64,000 nucleotides of DNA from a virus (Duplodnaviria; Caudoviricetes): the IMG/VR virus record IMGVR_UViG_3300015050_001283, positions 7,966 to 71,965 of that record; one strand, given 5' to 3'. The notes below the pieces were generated by a model. It saw nothing but the letters and a program-made list of their open reading frames with translations. It had not been told where the DNA came from and did no database searches. This document shows positions 33,463 to 42,424 of this stretch, piece after piece (position 1 is the first letter of the stretch; each line of letters starts with the position of its first letter). A program made the translations under genes and the position numbers.

Positions 33463-35633
33463 CAGACGGTGGACCGCGTGACACCCGCGGCCTTGATGAG
33501 TTCGACTTCAAAGCAGCGCGCGGAAAGCCGGACATCCACGTCACGTTGGTCGACTACCCGGATCTCGTCCTGAAAGTAGATCGCCTGAAAGGCCAGCGTG
33601 ATGAAGTTGTCTCCAGCCGGAGAGGGCAGGTTCTCGACCGGGGTGAGCAGCACGGTCAGTGCGGCGCTCGGGTTGTGCGTCGAGCGCAGCTGCACTTCCA
33701 TCTCCACATCCGGCGACGGACTGCTGAGGATCGGCGTATAATTGGTGATGAGCTTTTCATTCATCTGGTCGCCGAATTGAATCAGGCCGCTGACCATGAA
33801 CGGCTCGGCGACAACACCGTCGCGCAGCCAGGTGAGGATGGGCTCGATGGCTTCCGACGTGAGGCCGTAGGTGAAGACGTTCCCGGCAATGCCGAGCACA
33901 AACCAGTTGTCCAGCGAGCTCGGACGCTTGGCGTAAACTGCCGCATCGATAACCGAGTCCATCTCCGACACCTTCTTGTTCTCGTAATCGAGGCACATCG
34001 TGGTGCCCGGCCGACAGAACCAGATCTGCTTGGTCAATGGATTGTCGACGGCGAACGGCTCATCTTCCACCGTAAGGCCGGTGAAGAAAAGGTTCCGCGC
34101 GTTGTCGCAGAGCTTGTAGAACTCGGGGTAGGACTGCCCATCGAAGGCGAAGAACCGCCCACCGCGGCCGGGATAAATATGGAACTCCCCGTTCACCGGG
34201 ATGATGACATCGCCGTTGATCGGCACGTTGTTGCACACCTCGATCTTCGGGCGAAACCCAAACGGCTTGTCGACGGTTCCGACGTAGCGGCCGACGTAGA
34301 TGCCCTTTTCCCGGTAGATGATGAGCTGCGTCCCAAGCGGGAGCATCCCGATGATCTCGCTGGCGTCGCCCTGGAGCAGCGACTTGCCGACCAGCGTGCT
34401 GACATCGCGGAAGCGGGTCACCTGCACGGTGCGCGGATAGGAGAGGGCGCCATTCGTCGAAACCGCCAGCGTGATCTGATTGCCGGCAACCGCGGTGACG
34501 AGGATGCCGTTTGGATTGGCGCTGTCCCCACCCAGGATGCCGCCGTTCGCACCGCCATTGATGACCGCCACGTAGGTCTCGTTGGCGACAAAAGCCTCGG
34601 TCTCGAAAGGAAGGGTGAGCGTGGCGCTCGCAGCCGCCATGTAGACGTTGAACCGTGGCGCCCAGCGCGTGGGCTGGCCAAATTCCGACCACGCCACCTC
34701 GTAGGGAAACCGGTTCAGGATGTCTTCGGGCGGCGTCCCATACGGATCGGAGGCCGGGATGACACCGCTCTCGAACACCTTCGCATGGTAGGCGTTGCCG
34801 TCGGACCAGATGAGGGCGATGTCGTTGATGTCTTCGAGGACGACTGCCTGATTCACGGACGCCGGGACCAGCACGCGGCCGACGCCGGCGTCCACCTTCT
34901 TCACCCAGATCCAGAAAGTCGGAGGCGCCACCGGCCCGGTCGGCAACGTGGCAGTGACGTCTGCCGCGCCGGTGGTGACGTCGAACTGGTCCTGATCGTC
35001 GGCCAGCAGCACCGCGAAATCAGCGGCTTTCGCCTGCGTGCCGCCGGCCACGTAGGTGGAGTAGCCGTTCATCCACTTGTCGAGCTGGTCGGCTTGGATC
35101 TCGGTCACATCGCCAAGGAAAAGGAACCCGTTGAATTCGGTGATGCGGCCACAGCGGGCGATGCCCACCTCTCGCATCTCGTAGTTGGGCACCACGGCGT
35201 CCCACTCCTGCCGGAACACCTGCGGGAGATCCACGGCGTTATTGAGAATCAGGTAGCCGTTGATGACATTGACCTGCCAGCGCTTGCCGTTCGCCGCATA
35301 GCCACTGCCGATGACATCCCAGACCAGCGTGTCGGGGTTGAAGCGCTTGATCTTGGTGCGGCTGGCGCCGACGATGACGCGATCGCCGTTCGGCCGCACG
35401 CACTCCGCCAGGCGGAGCAGGGTCTCGGCGCCATCGAACACCGACTGGTTGTCCGAACCATCCGCATCGGGCTTGAATTTGATCCACCCCTCCTGCCGGA
35501 TCAGCTGGTCGGTCGACCGCCGCCAATTCACCAATCGGGTGAAGTCGGCCGGCCCCACGTTTTCCAAAGAAACGGCGGGTTGGGTGACGAGGTTGCCCCC
35601 GTCTACGATGCGGACTGGAATGTTGCGGCTCAC
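33462..35633 (-). CDS. Tail nozzle/tubular protein B (P22 gp10-like beta-propeller)
   Basis: 723 aa of beta-rich repeats; NGYLILNNAVD, FNGFLFLGD, VAWSEFGQP, LIIYREKGIY; upstream of the ejection genes. Confidence 0.72.
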   Translation of the reverse strand: MSRNIPVRIVDGGNLVTQPAVSLENVGPADFTRLVNWRRSTDQLIRQEGWIKFKPDADGSDNQSVFDGAETLLRLAECVRPNGDRVIVGASRTKIKRFNPDTLVWDVIGSGYAANGKRWQVNVINGYLILNNAVDLPQVFRQEWDAVVPNYEMREVGIARCGRITEFNGFLFLGDVTEIQADQLDKWMNGYSTYVAGGTQAKAADFAVLLADDQDQFDVTTGAADVTATLPTGPVAPPTFWIWVKKVDAGVGRVLVPASVNQAVVLEDINDIALIWSDGNAYHAKVFESGVIPASDPYGTPPEDILNRFPYEVAWSEFGQPTRWAPRFNVYMAAASATLTLPFETEAFVANETYVAVINGGANGGILGGDSANPNGILVTAVAGNQITLAVSTNGALSYPRTVQVTRFRDVSTLVGKSLLQGDASEIIGMLPLGTQLIIYREKGIYVGRYVGTVDKPFGFRPKIEVCNNVPINGDVIIPVNGEFHIYPGRGGRFFAFDGQSYPEFYKLCDNARNLFFTGLTVEDEPFAVDNPLTKQIWFCRPGTTMCLDYENKKVSEMDSVIDAAVYAKRPSSLDNWFVLGIAGNVFTYGLTSEAIEPILTWLRDGVVAEPFMVSGLIQFGDQMNEKLITNYTPILSSPSPDVEMEVQLRSTHNPSAALTVLLTPVENLPSPAGDNFITLAFQAIYFQDEIRVVDQRDVDVRLSARCFEVELIKAAGVTRSTV

Positions 35634-35672
35634 GCTTGGAAGGCTGGGGCGGTTCCTGGGGCCGCAGGAAAG

Positions 35673-35924
35673 TTATTCGATGGGTTCGATGGTGACTTTG
35701 TATTTCTTGCCACCCACGAAAAGGGATTTGGCGTCGGCCGTGAGGTTCTGGAGGACGACCGAACCTTGGCCCTGCACAGAATCGAAGATACTTTTCTCAA
35801 GGTCGGCATCCTTGGCCAGTCGCTCGGACTGGAGGCGCACCGAACGGTTCACCGGCGCCCCCGCGGCAACCGCCGTGTCTGCGGTCTGCGGACAGAAGAC
35901 TTCGAGAACGAGTGAATTGGCCAT
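35673..35924 (-). CDS. Small hypothetical protein, possibly a virion component
   Basis: 83-aa beta-rich ORF in the late operon. Confidence 0.6.
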   Translation of the reverse strand: MANSLVLEVFCPQTADTAVAAGAPVNRSVRLQSERLAKDADLEKSIFDSVQGQGSVVLQNLTADAKSLFVGGKKYKVTIEPIE

Positions 35925-35942
35925 GCGGGAGCGATAGTCCCC

Positions 35943-36335
35943 TTAATACCGTATGTCCAGAATGAAGCAGATGACGGCCCGCCACTTAGCCCAGCGGCTT
36001 GGCCAATGGTAAGCCGGCCATCCGAGATCCGGATCGTCGGTCTCCTTGGCCCAGCAGCCCTTGCGATAGGGCTGGGCGGTCAACGCTGAGAAAGGGACGT
36101 AGCATCCGCACCCGACGTGCTCATATCCCGGGAGGCTGGGACGGCATCGACGGGTCTCCCGGTCGTAGACCGGACAGCGGTAGCACCCGTAGCGGATTCG
36201 CGCGCGCCAGACATCTCGCGGAACGGGTCCGCTGAGGATGGCCAACAGCAGGCCGAGCCAGGGAACTTCAGCCCCTTCGCCATGTGTCTGGCGAATGACT
36301 GCAATCCACTGCTCAATCCGTTTTCGCCACCTCAT
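35943..36335 (-). CDS. Cys/Trp-rich hypothetical protein (possible metal binding)
   Basis: CYRCPVY...C...GCGC...GCW; ATG at 36335. Confidence 0.6.
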   Translation of the reverse strand: MRWRKRIEQWIAVIRQTHGEGAEVPWLGLLLAILSGPVPRDVWRARIRYGCYRCPVYDRETRRCRPSLPGYEHVGCGCYVPFSALTAQPYRKGCWAKETDDPDLGWPAYHWPSRWAKWRAVICFILDIRY

Positions 36336-36645
36336 CGGGGACGTTCTTGACGACGGCCACCAGCGCATCCTCGCTGATGAGGCCGAGCTTCTGATCGCCG
36401 CACACGACCTTCATCACGATCAGGCCGTTGGCCATCACGATGTCGCCGGGAGCCACGACCTTGCAGTCCGGACCCTTGGAGACGACTTCCCATTCCATGA
36501 TGGGGTTACCCTCCTCGTTTTGCATCGTGGAGGATGCTGGCAGGAAGAGCTTGCCGACCATCTTCAGGCCGGACGAATCGTCGACCTTGAGCGCATCGAG
36601 CGCGCGGAGTAACACTTTGCTGCCAACAGCGTGGTAAGTTTTCAT
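36313..36645 (-). CDS. groES: GroES/Cpn10-like co-chaperonin
   Basis: YHAVGSKVLL...GKLFLP...EVVSKGPD...VAPGDIV...LISEDALVAVV; ATG at 36645. Confidence 0.82.
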   Translation of the reverse strand: MKTYHAVGSKVLLRALDALKVDDSSGLKMVGKLFLPASSTMQNEEGNPIMEWEVVSKGPDCKVVAPGDIVMANGLIVMKVVCGDQKLGLISEDALVAVVKNVPDEVAKTD

Positions 36646-37592
36646 AAATCCTTGAGGGGGGTTCCGGTATAAAATTCGTGCTCGGGGATCTGGACGATCG
36701 GGAATTTCTCGCCGGCCAAGATGCGCGCGCGCAGGCCGGAGATCCCTTCCTCGCCAAAATAGTTCGGGTGCCAGCCGTTGCCGGAGCGCGCGGCATGGAG
36801 GACGGCGTGCGATTTGTCGTTCGGGCTGACGCCGTAGTCGCTCCGCTTCATAATCGGCAGCTGGGCGTGCAGCTCCTCCGATTCGTAGGTCATCATGGAC
36901 CGGACGTAGCGAAAGCTGTAACCCTTCTTCGAGAGCATGATTCCGCAGATGCAGTCCTCGAAGCTCAGGCCGTCGCACCAAGCCTCCGGCCATCCGTTGA
37001 TGTCGAGGAACGCCTGAACTGGCGCCACCAAGCTGCATCCGTAGAGCCAGTTGCCGGCGCAGTCGACGCCTTGGTCATCGGAGCCATGCCCGAAACGGTT
37101 GTCATGTCCGCCTGGATGATCGGTGAAGCCGACGACATTGCCGTTCTCGACCACGAGATCCTTGACCTTCCGGTAGGCGCCGAGCGTCACCGTCTTCTGG
37201 TCGCCGGCCATCGCCTCGCGCACCTGCTTCAGCCAGCCGGGCAGCAGGACCGAGACGTCATCGACGAAAGCAATCCAGCCATCTGGCGCCAGGCAGACCG
37301 CGGTGTTGCGCGCGTTCGACGCGGCGAACCAGTCTTCCTTGGTCAGCTTGTGTTCCCCCTGCCACACCGTGGGTTTCGGCGGAGTGCAGTAACATGCGCC
37401 ACCGCCGGCGACAATCCGCTCGGACCCGTGCGCGATGTCGTCAACGCACTCCGTCCGGTTCTTGGCCCAGAAGTCCACGACCACCACACGGATCTTCGTA
37501 TAGTCGCCGCCGGTTTCCCGATTGAGGCTGTCGAAAAACCATTTGATAGCCGGATTTTTACGGCTGGTGAAATAGGCGATCGTCAGGTGCAT
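36642..37592 (-). CDS. GT-A fold glycosyltransferase (GT2-like)
   Basis: VVVVDF, SNARNTAV, IAFVDD (DxD-like), INGWPE...GLSFEDC (ED catalytic-base motif). Confidence 0.82.
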   Translation of the reverse strand: MHLTIAYFTSRKNPAIKWFFDSLNRETGGDYTKIRVVVVDFWAKNRTECVDDIAHGSERIVAGGGACYCTPPKPTVWQGEHKLTKEDWFAASNARNTAVCLAPDGWIAFVDDVSVLLPGWLKQVREAMAGDQKTVTLGAYRKVKDLVVENGNVVGFTDHPGGHDNRFGHGSDDQGVDCAGNWLYGCSLVAPVQAFLDINGWPEAWCDGLSFEDCICGIMLSKKGYSFRYVRSMMTYESEELHAQLPIMKRSDYGVSPNDKSHAVLHAARSGNGWHPNYFGEEGISGLRARILAGEKFPIVQIPEHEFYTGTPLKDL

Positions 37593-38320
37593 CAGCGAAT
37601 GCGCGGCCAGTTCGAGGCGATTTGCTCATTCGGGATTGCCAGCATGTCGAAAGAGGTGCGCCACGGAAATGCTTCGAGAACGTAGAGCGGATCGTCGCAG
37701 ACCTCGCCGTGCATGGTGCACAATTTGTAGCCGGCGGCGTAGATCCAATCGATCATCGACTCACAGCTCTCACCCAGTTTCCTGGGGAGGAACGACAGCT
37801 CGATCATCACCGGGGGCCGGTGCTTGGCCAGCACGCCGGCCATGCCGCGCAGCGCGTGGAACTCGTAGCCGTCGACGTCCAGCTTAATGAAGTCGATCTG
37901 GGGAAGGGATGCAGCGTAGGAGTCGAGGGTCGTCGTCTCCATGTCGAAAGGCCCGGTGTCCTCCAATGCAATGTCCATCTTCGCAATCCGGGGGTCAGCC
38001 AAGGTGTGGGCGCCAAGGATCTGGACGCCGCGCACCACACCTTTGCGGTCGGAGACAGCCAGATTATTGAGCACGACGTTCCGGTTGGTGCCGAAATTGG
38101 CATACAGCCGTTTGAAGACGGCCGGCACCGGCTCGAAGGCGTGGACCGTGCCGGCGCCGTGCATCAGCCAGTGATTGGTGAAGCCGCCCTCGTTCGTCCC
38201 GATGTCGATGGCAACGAAGCCCGGCTTCATTTTCGTGAGCACCGCGTTCAGGAAGCTGAGATCCGAGCGCAGCAACGCGACGTTGACGATCTGGCGAATC
38301 TGTTCGTGTGGGGTGCTCAT
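37592..38320 (-). CDS. FkbM-family SAM methyltransferase
   Basis: AIDIGTNEG, VHAFEP, LAVSD, TTLD, IDFIKLDVDGYE. Confidence 0.9.
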   Translation of the reverse strand: MSTPHEQIRQIVNVALLRSDLSFLNAVLTKMKPGFVAIDIGTNEGGFTNHWLMHGAGTVHAFEPVPAVFKRLYANFGTNRNVVLNNLAVSDRKGVVRGVQILGAHTLADPRIAKMDIALEDTGPFDMETTTLDSYAASLPQIDFIKLDVDGYEFHALRGMAGVLAKHRPPVMIELSFLPRKLGESCESMIDWIYAAGYKLCTMHGEVCDDPLYVLEAFPWRTSFDMLAIPNEQIASNWPRIR

Positions 38321-38928
38321 TTGCGGACCCTCTGAAACCACGCACCACCGTCGCGTTTGTAGAGTTCCACGAAGCCCATCGACAGCAGCTTCTGGACGGA
38401 TTCCAGCACCGCTCCACCCGCCCACTTCAGGTCGTCGAGGTAGGCGAAGCCGCCAAGGATGACGTTCGGGGCATAGCGCTCGATGTCGCGGATAGCCTGG
38501 GGACCGTGATTGCCGTCCGAAATAAGCAGGCCGATGTCTTCCGGCGGCGTTACCTCGTCGGAGCGCGCGCGCTTCACCTCGACCCATTCGGGGCCAATCC
38601 CGTTGTCGTTAAGTGAGCGGAGAAAGCCGCGGTAAACTGCGTCGTGTTTCTCCTGATCGTTCCACCACTTGGCGTCCTCGCCGGTTTGCCCCTCGACGGA
38701 TGCCACCGCCAGCCATGGATCGATGGCGAGCACGCGGCCGGAGCCGACAGCACGATGGGCCATCGCCGCCGCGATTGTGTCGCGGCCACCAAACACGCCG
38801 ATGACAACCGACAGTTTCGGCCGCAACGCCAGCACGACTGCCGCAGTATCGGCTGCCCGCTGGTCAGTGCACCAGCCGTGCAGCGTAGGATTTACCCGGG
38901 CAATTGTGGTGAAGAGTTCGACGCTCAT
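38317..38928 (-). CDS. Class I SAM methyltransferase (Methyltransf_24-like)
   Basis: VIGVFGG.., VLAIDPW, LLISDGNH...DI...GG...LDD. Confidence 0.82.
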   Translation of the reverse strand: MSVELFTTIARVNPTLHGWCTDQRAADTAAVVLALRPKLSVVIGVFGGRDTIAAAMAHRAVGSGRVLAIDPWLAVASVEGQTGEDAKWWNDQEKHDAVYRGFLRSLNDNGIGPEWVEVKRARSDEVTPPEDIGLLISDGNHGPQAIRDIERYAPNVILGGFAYLDDLKWAGGAVLESVQKLLSMGFVELYKRDGGAWFQRVRK

Positions 38929-39296
38929 GCGGTGGTAATGGGTGGTGTGGGGGCAGGTTCCAGTTTGATGCCTTCGGCCTCAAGCGTTTTCTTGGCGAGT
39001 TCGCGCGCGCCTTTGCCATTTTGGGCGATGGCTTTCAGGGCATCGGTGAAGCGAGTGAGCGGGGCGACTCTCTCGCGCGCCTGCTTCAGCTCGTCATTGG
39101 CGGTCTGGAGATCCGCCTGGGCGCGCTTCGTGGCTTGCTGGGCCGTGGCGGTGGCCTGCTGGGCAGAGGAGATGATCGAGTCGACGGTTTCGAGCTGCTT
39201 GGCGAGCTGCACAGCGAGTTCACCGCCGGGAAGCCGGCTGTGAGCCGTCGCTGTATTGATGAGCGAGCGGACTTTCTTCGGGTCGTAGGTGTCCAT
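38925..39296 (-). CDS. Coiled-coil hypothetical protein
   Basis: AQQATATAQQAT heptads. Confidence 0.7.
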   Translation of the reverse strand: MDTYDPKKVRSLINTATAHSRLPGGELAVQLAKQLETVDSIISSAQQATATAQQATKRAQADLQTANDELKQARERVAPLTRFTDALKAIAQNGKGARELAKKTLEAEGIKLEPAPTPPITTA

Positions 39297-39308
39297 GGGC
39301 GGGGGCGG

Positions 39309-39776
39309 TTACTGTTGAGGCGGCGGGGGAGGCGGTTCCCGATGCTTGGCGGCTTCGGCGAAATCGGCGGCGGAGATCCACATCGTCCCGTCGTAGCGGC
39401 AGTGTTTCGACAGCCGGTGTTCGAGGTATTCGAGTGGGTATTCCTTCAAGCGATCGTGGGCAGCGGCGTATTCGGTCAGCATCCCATTCGTGCCAATGAG
39501 ATCCTTCGCCGCCTGTTCGATGTCGGCCTCCTCAGCTTCCGGCGTCACTTCCGCGAGCACCTTCAGCATCCCGTCCGGTGCCCTCTCGAACTTCAGGCGC
39601 CACAGCAGGTCGATCTTCGTCTCGTCCAGCAGCAGGGTTCCCCCGTTGTTCATCGCTGCCATCCACAGCGTCCGCTGGAGTTGGAGGGATTTGTAGTGCA
39701 GGTTCGCCGCTGCTTGTTCCAGCAGCGCTATCTGTTGCAGCTTGTCGCCGGGCAGCTTGTCGGTTGGGGAGGTCAT
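39309..39776 (-). CDS. Hypothetical protein
   Basis: 155-aa ORF with protein-like composition. Confidence 0.7.
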   Translation of the reverse strand: MTSPTDKLPGDKLQQIALLEQAAANLHYKSLQLQRTLWMAAMNNGGTLLLDETKIDLLWRLKFERAPDGMLKVLAEVTPEAEEADIEQAAKDLIGTNGMLTEYAAAHDRLKEYPLEYLEHRLSKHCRYDGTMWISAADFAEAAKHREPPPPPPQQ

Positions 39777-39954
39777 CCAGGATGATGGGTTGTTTGAGAA
39801 GAAGTTTTTGGCGATACTTGCGGGAGCCTTTCTTTGGCTCGAAGCCGATCAGCATCTGCCGGCCGTCAGCCAGATTCTTGATGATCTCCTTAATCCGGCC
39901 GGTCTTGTATGCCTTGGACTCGAAGATGGTGGCGATGTGAATGTCCTTTGCCAT
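39532..39954 (-). CDS. Basic hypothetical protein; its C-terminal part overlaps the next gene by 245 nt
   Basis: First ~60 aa look globular; ATG is coupled to the upstream stop. Confidence 0.5.
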   Translation of the reverse strand: MAKDIHIATIFESKAYKTGRIKEIIKNLADGRQMLIGFEPKKGSRKYRQKLLLKQPIILDDLPNRQAARRQAATDSAAGTSSGEPALQIPPTPADAVDGSDEQRGNPAAGRDEDRPAVAPEVREGTGRDAEGARGSDAGS

Positions 39955-40109
39955 CAGGACTTCTTCTTGGCTTTGGGGGGCATGACCAAAATGCCGGCGC
40001 CGCGCGCCTGCTTGAGCACTTCGTTCACGATGTAAGCCGCAGAGCGTTTCTGCGCCTTGCTCTGTGCGGTGATGGGAACCGAATTGTCGGCATCGATACG
40101 AATTTGCAT
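39954..40109 (-). CDS. Small ribbon-helix-helix (Arc/CopG-like) DNA-binding protein
   Basis: MQIRIDADN...ITAQSKAQKRSAAYIVNEVLKQ: beta-strand plus two helices. Confidence 0.5.
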   Translation of the reverse strand: MQIRIDADNSVPITAQSKAQKRSAAYIVNEVLKQARGAGILVMPPKAKKKS

Positions 40110-40167
40110 CGGGTAATGAGTATTGGAAAACCTACTGGTGCAGGATGGGGTGCGATGGGGCAAGCAT

Positions 40168-40791
40168 TTAATCAGCGTGCGGAAGGGCGGCTGGGCGCTG
40201 TTGGGTGACTTGAGACATGAAGCGGATGATTTTCTCCTGATACACGCGGCCGATCTTCTCCCACGGCATCGAGGCGAAATAGGCGCCGGAGGCTCCGCTC
40301 TCCGCTTCCGGGAAGATGAGCGGGTGCTTTGAGCGCCAGCCCGCTGGCTCATCCAGCAGACCTTTGAGCGAGTCCCGGGTCGCGCAGCTTCCCCAATACT
40401 TGGCCAGCGAACTCGGCGTCAGCTCCCAAGTCGGGTGTTTCCGGCGATACTCCCTGGCCCGAATGATGATCTCATTGGAGGTGATGTTCGGCGTCACCGC
40501 CATGATGGCAGTCAGCGACACGGCGATCGAGCGCGCCATCGGCTTGGTCATGCCTTCGCGCGGGATTGAGCAGCAGCCACAGAGCGCATCGAACAGCGCA
40601 TCACGTTGCTTTCTACTACCGGTCGCGATGAGCGGCGTGTGCTCCAGTGCAAACCCGGTGAGCTTGCCCTGTGAGGTGGCGTGCTCCCGGTCTATAATGT
40701 TCGCCACGACCTGCTCCTGATCGGAAGACAGGATGCCGAGCTCGGCTTGGATTGTCGCCGCGAGGCGTTCTCCGAATGAAGGTTCAGCCAT
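40168..40791 (-). CDS. Hypothetical protein resembling the C-terminal domain of phage replication-initiator proteins
   Basis: RDALFDALC.C...RAREYRRKHP.W.LTPSSLAKYW pattern. Confidence 0.5.
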   Translation of the reverse strand: MAEPSFGERLAATIQAELGILSSDQEQVVANIIDREHATSQGKLTGFALEHTPLIATGSRKQRDALFDALCGCCSIPREGMTKPMARSIAVSLTAIMAVTPNITSNEIIIRAREYRRKHPTWELTPSSLAKYWGSCATRDSLKGLLDEPAGWRSKHPLIFPEAESGASGAYFASMPWEKIGRVYQEKIIRFMSQVTQQRPAALPHAD

Positions 40792-41134
40792 GTTGATTCT
40801 TTCTGCTTTGGAAAAAGTCGCGGTGCAATGGATGCTCTCGCGTCCATTTCTCGGCGTAAAACCGCACCACGTCGTTATTGATTTTGAGAGGATGTCCGTC
40901 GCCGTCGACGCTCGTCGAGCGGATTGCGATGTCGTGATCGAAACGAATCGTGTGCATGATGCCGTCAGCCGAGTAACGCTTGAATCCAGCCTCGATCAGC
41001 AGCTGCGCGCGCTCACAGAATTTCGCATAGACCTTCGGGTTCTTCGAGTGGAACTCGATAAACATCGCCTCCAGTCGTCCCGGATTTATCGGCGGTGTCG
41101 GCTTGAAATCTAATTCGGGTTGAGCCGGATGCAC
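40784..41134 (-). CDS. Conserved phage hypothetical protein
   Basis: F.EFH..NP.VY..F...A...GFKRYSA..I...IRF...KINN....FYA...P....FF..R; GTG start. Confidence 0.75.
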   Translation of the reverse strand: MHPAQPELDFKPTPPINPGRLEAMFIEFHSKNPKVYAKFCERAQLLIEAGFKRYSADGIMHTIRFDHDIAIRSTSVDGDGHPLKINNDVVRFYAEKWTREHPLHRDFFQSRKNQHG

Positions 41135-41204
41135 ACACGCATAAATGCCGTGAAATAAACTCTGTCAATAATCTCTTGCTAAATCTGCCCCACTCTGCCC
41201 CACT
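41135..41204. promoter_or_regulatory. Divergent promoter region with a tandem TCTGCCCCAC repeat
   Basis: AT-rich; rightward TTGCTA-N17-CCCACT; leftward TTGACA (complement of tgtcaa at 41163-41168); genes diverge here. Confidence 0.55.
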
Positions 41205-41216
41205 TTGTTTCTCGTG

Positions 41217-41645
41217 ATGAAGTTCGCTCTATATCTCCTGCTCGTGCTGCGCGCTTTCGGCGCCACCGATGCACAGATCATCCAGGCTCTGGAGATGACG
41301 GAAGCCAGCTATGGAAAGATCGGCCGCGCCGGTGAGGTGCTTCCTTCGCAGCTATCGCCGGCCACGGTTCACGATCACGGGCTGGACCCGCTGAACAATC
41401 TTCGGTGGTTGAAAAGGCAGCTGGCACGCAAAGGGATTCCGGCGTCGCCCTTTAATCTCGCACTTTGCTGGAATGCCGGTCTGACCGGTGCCACCACTGG
41501 CAAAGCTCCAGTGTCTTCTTATGAGTATGCGCGCCGAATGGTCGCAAACCTCGAACTCCTTACCCTCACGGGTGACGGCCGGCAGCTGTATCGTCCCTCT
41601 ATGACGGCGAGGCAGCCGGTCGTCTTTATTCTTCAACCCAACTAA
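41217..41645 (+). CDS. Lysozyme-like/SLT-type transglycosylase with an N-terminal signal or anchor
   Basis: MKFALYLLLVLRAFGA leader; LEMTEAS (putative catalytic Glu), SQL, LALCWNAG (resembles ALAAYNAG), YARR. Confidence 0.6.
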   Translation: MKFALYLLLVLRAFGATDAQIIQALEMTEASYGKIGRAGEVLPSQLSPATVHDHGLDPLNNLRWLKRQLARKGIPASPFNLALCWNAGLTGATTGKAPVSSYEYARRMVANLELLTLTGDGRQLYRPSMTARQPVVFILQPN

Positions 41646-41651
41646 ACCACC

Positions 41652-42137
41652 ATGGCCAAAATCGAAGTCAGTCAGGTCGCCGAGATCTGCAAGAAACACA
41701 AGATCGACCCCGTTACCCTCCGCGAGATCGTCGAGGAGATGAACGAGATCACCGCCCCCGCGGCCGATGAGGACATCAAGCCGCCGGCGCCGAAGAAGCA
41801 GTTCGTCATCGTCATCTCCGACATGGAAGGCAAGCTGCCGAAGAAGGATCTCACCGGCTGGGTCGTGCAGATCCCGGAGGACGCCAGCCCGTTCTCCACC
41901 ACGGACCGCATCTTCAAGGGCGCCTATGATTTCAACGCCTCCAAGAAGGGCCGGCTCTTGCCGGTGAAGTCGGTCGGCGAAGCCCTGGAGTCGGCTTCCG
42001 CCAAATACTTCAAGGAGTCGGAACTCTGGGTGAAGACCAAGCTCCCGGTCGCGGTTGTCGTCACCGACAACGTACTGCCGAAAGACGAGTTCAAGACCGA
42101 GAAGGTCGACAAACGGCGGCGGGATGACGGAGCATGA
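41652..42137 (+). CDS. Hypothetical protein
   Basis: 161 aa with strong codon bias. Confidence 0.8.
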   Translation: MAKIEVSQVAEICKKHKIDPVTLREIVEEMNEITAPAADEDIKPPAPKKQFVIVISDMEGKLPKKDLTGWVVQIPEDASPFSTTDRIFKGAYDFNASKKGRLLPVKSVGEALESASAKYFKESELWVKTKLPVAVVVTDNVLPKDEFKTEKVDKRRRDDGA

Positions 42138-42424
42138 GCGCCTACAAACTGCTCCCCGTCGCACTGCGCGCCCTTGAAATTGAGCGCGAGACGTATGGCC
42201 CCGATAAAGGGCAATACAAAGCGAAGGTGTCATTCGATGGCCCGAACGGGCGTATTGACCTGACGCTTCCGCACGAACTCTCGCTCAAGTTCCTCCAAGC
42301 CTCGTCGGAGATCTTGGCCGAGGTTTCCGCGGATGTCGCGCGCCGGATGCACGGCGATGTCATGTCATCCATCCAACAGGCAAAAGCTCTCCCCTGCGCA
42401 GCCACTCCCATTCCGATCACTTAA
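42134..42424 (+). CDS. Hypothetical protein
   Basis: 96 aa, coupled to both neighbours. Confidence 0.65.
   Translation: MSAYKLLPVALRALEIERETYGPDKGQYKAKVSFDGPNGRIDLTLPHELSLKFLQASSEILAEVSADVARRMHGDVMSSIQQAKALPCAATPIPIT

Noticed and set aside
33411-35915. 834-aa plus-strand ORF
   Set aside because: Shadow of the nozzle gene with non-protein-like composition
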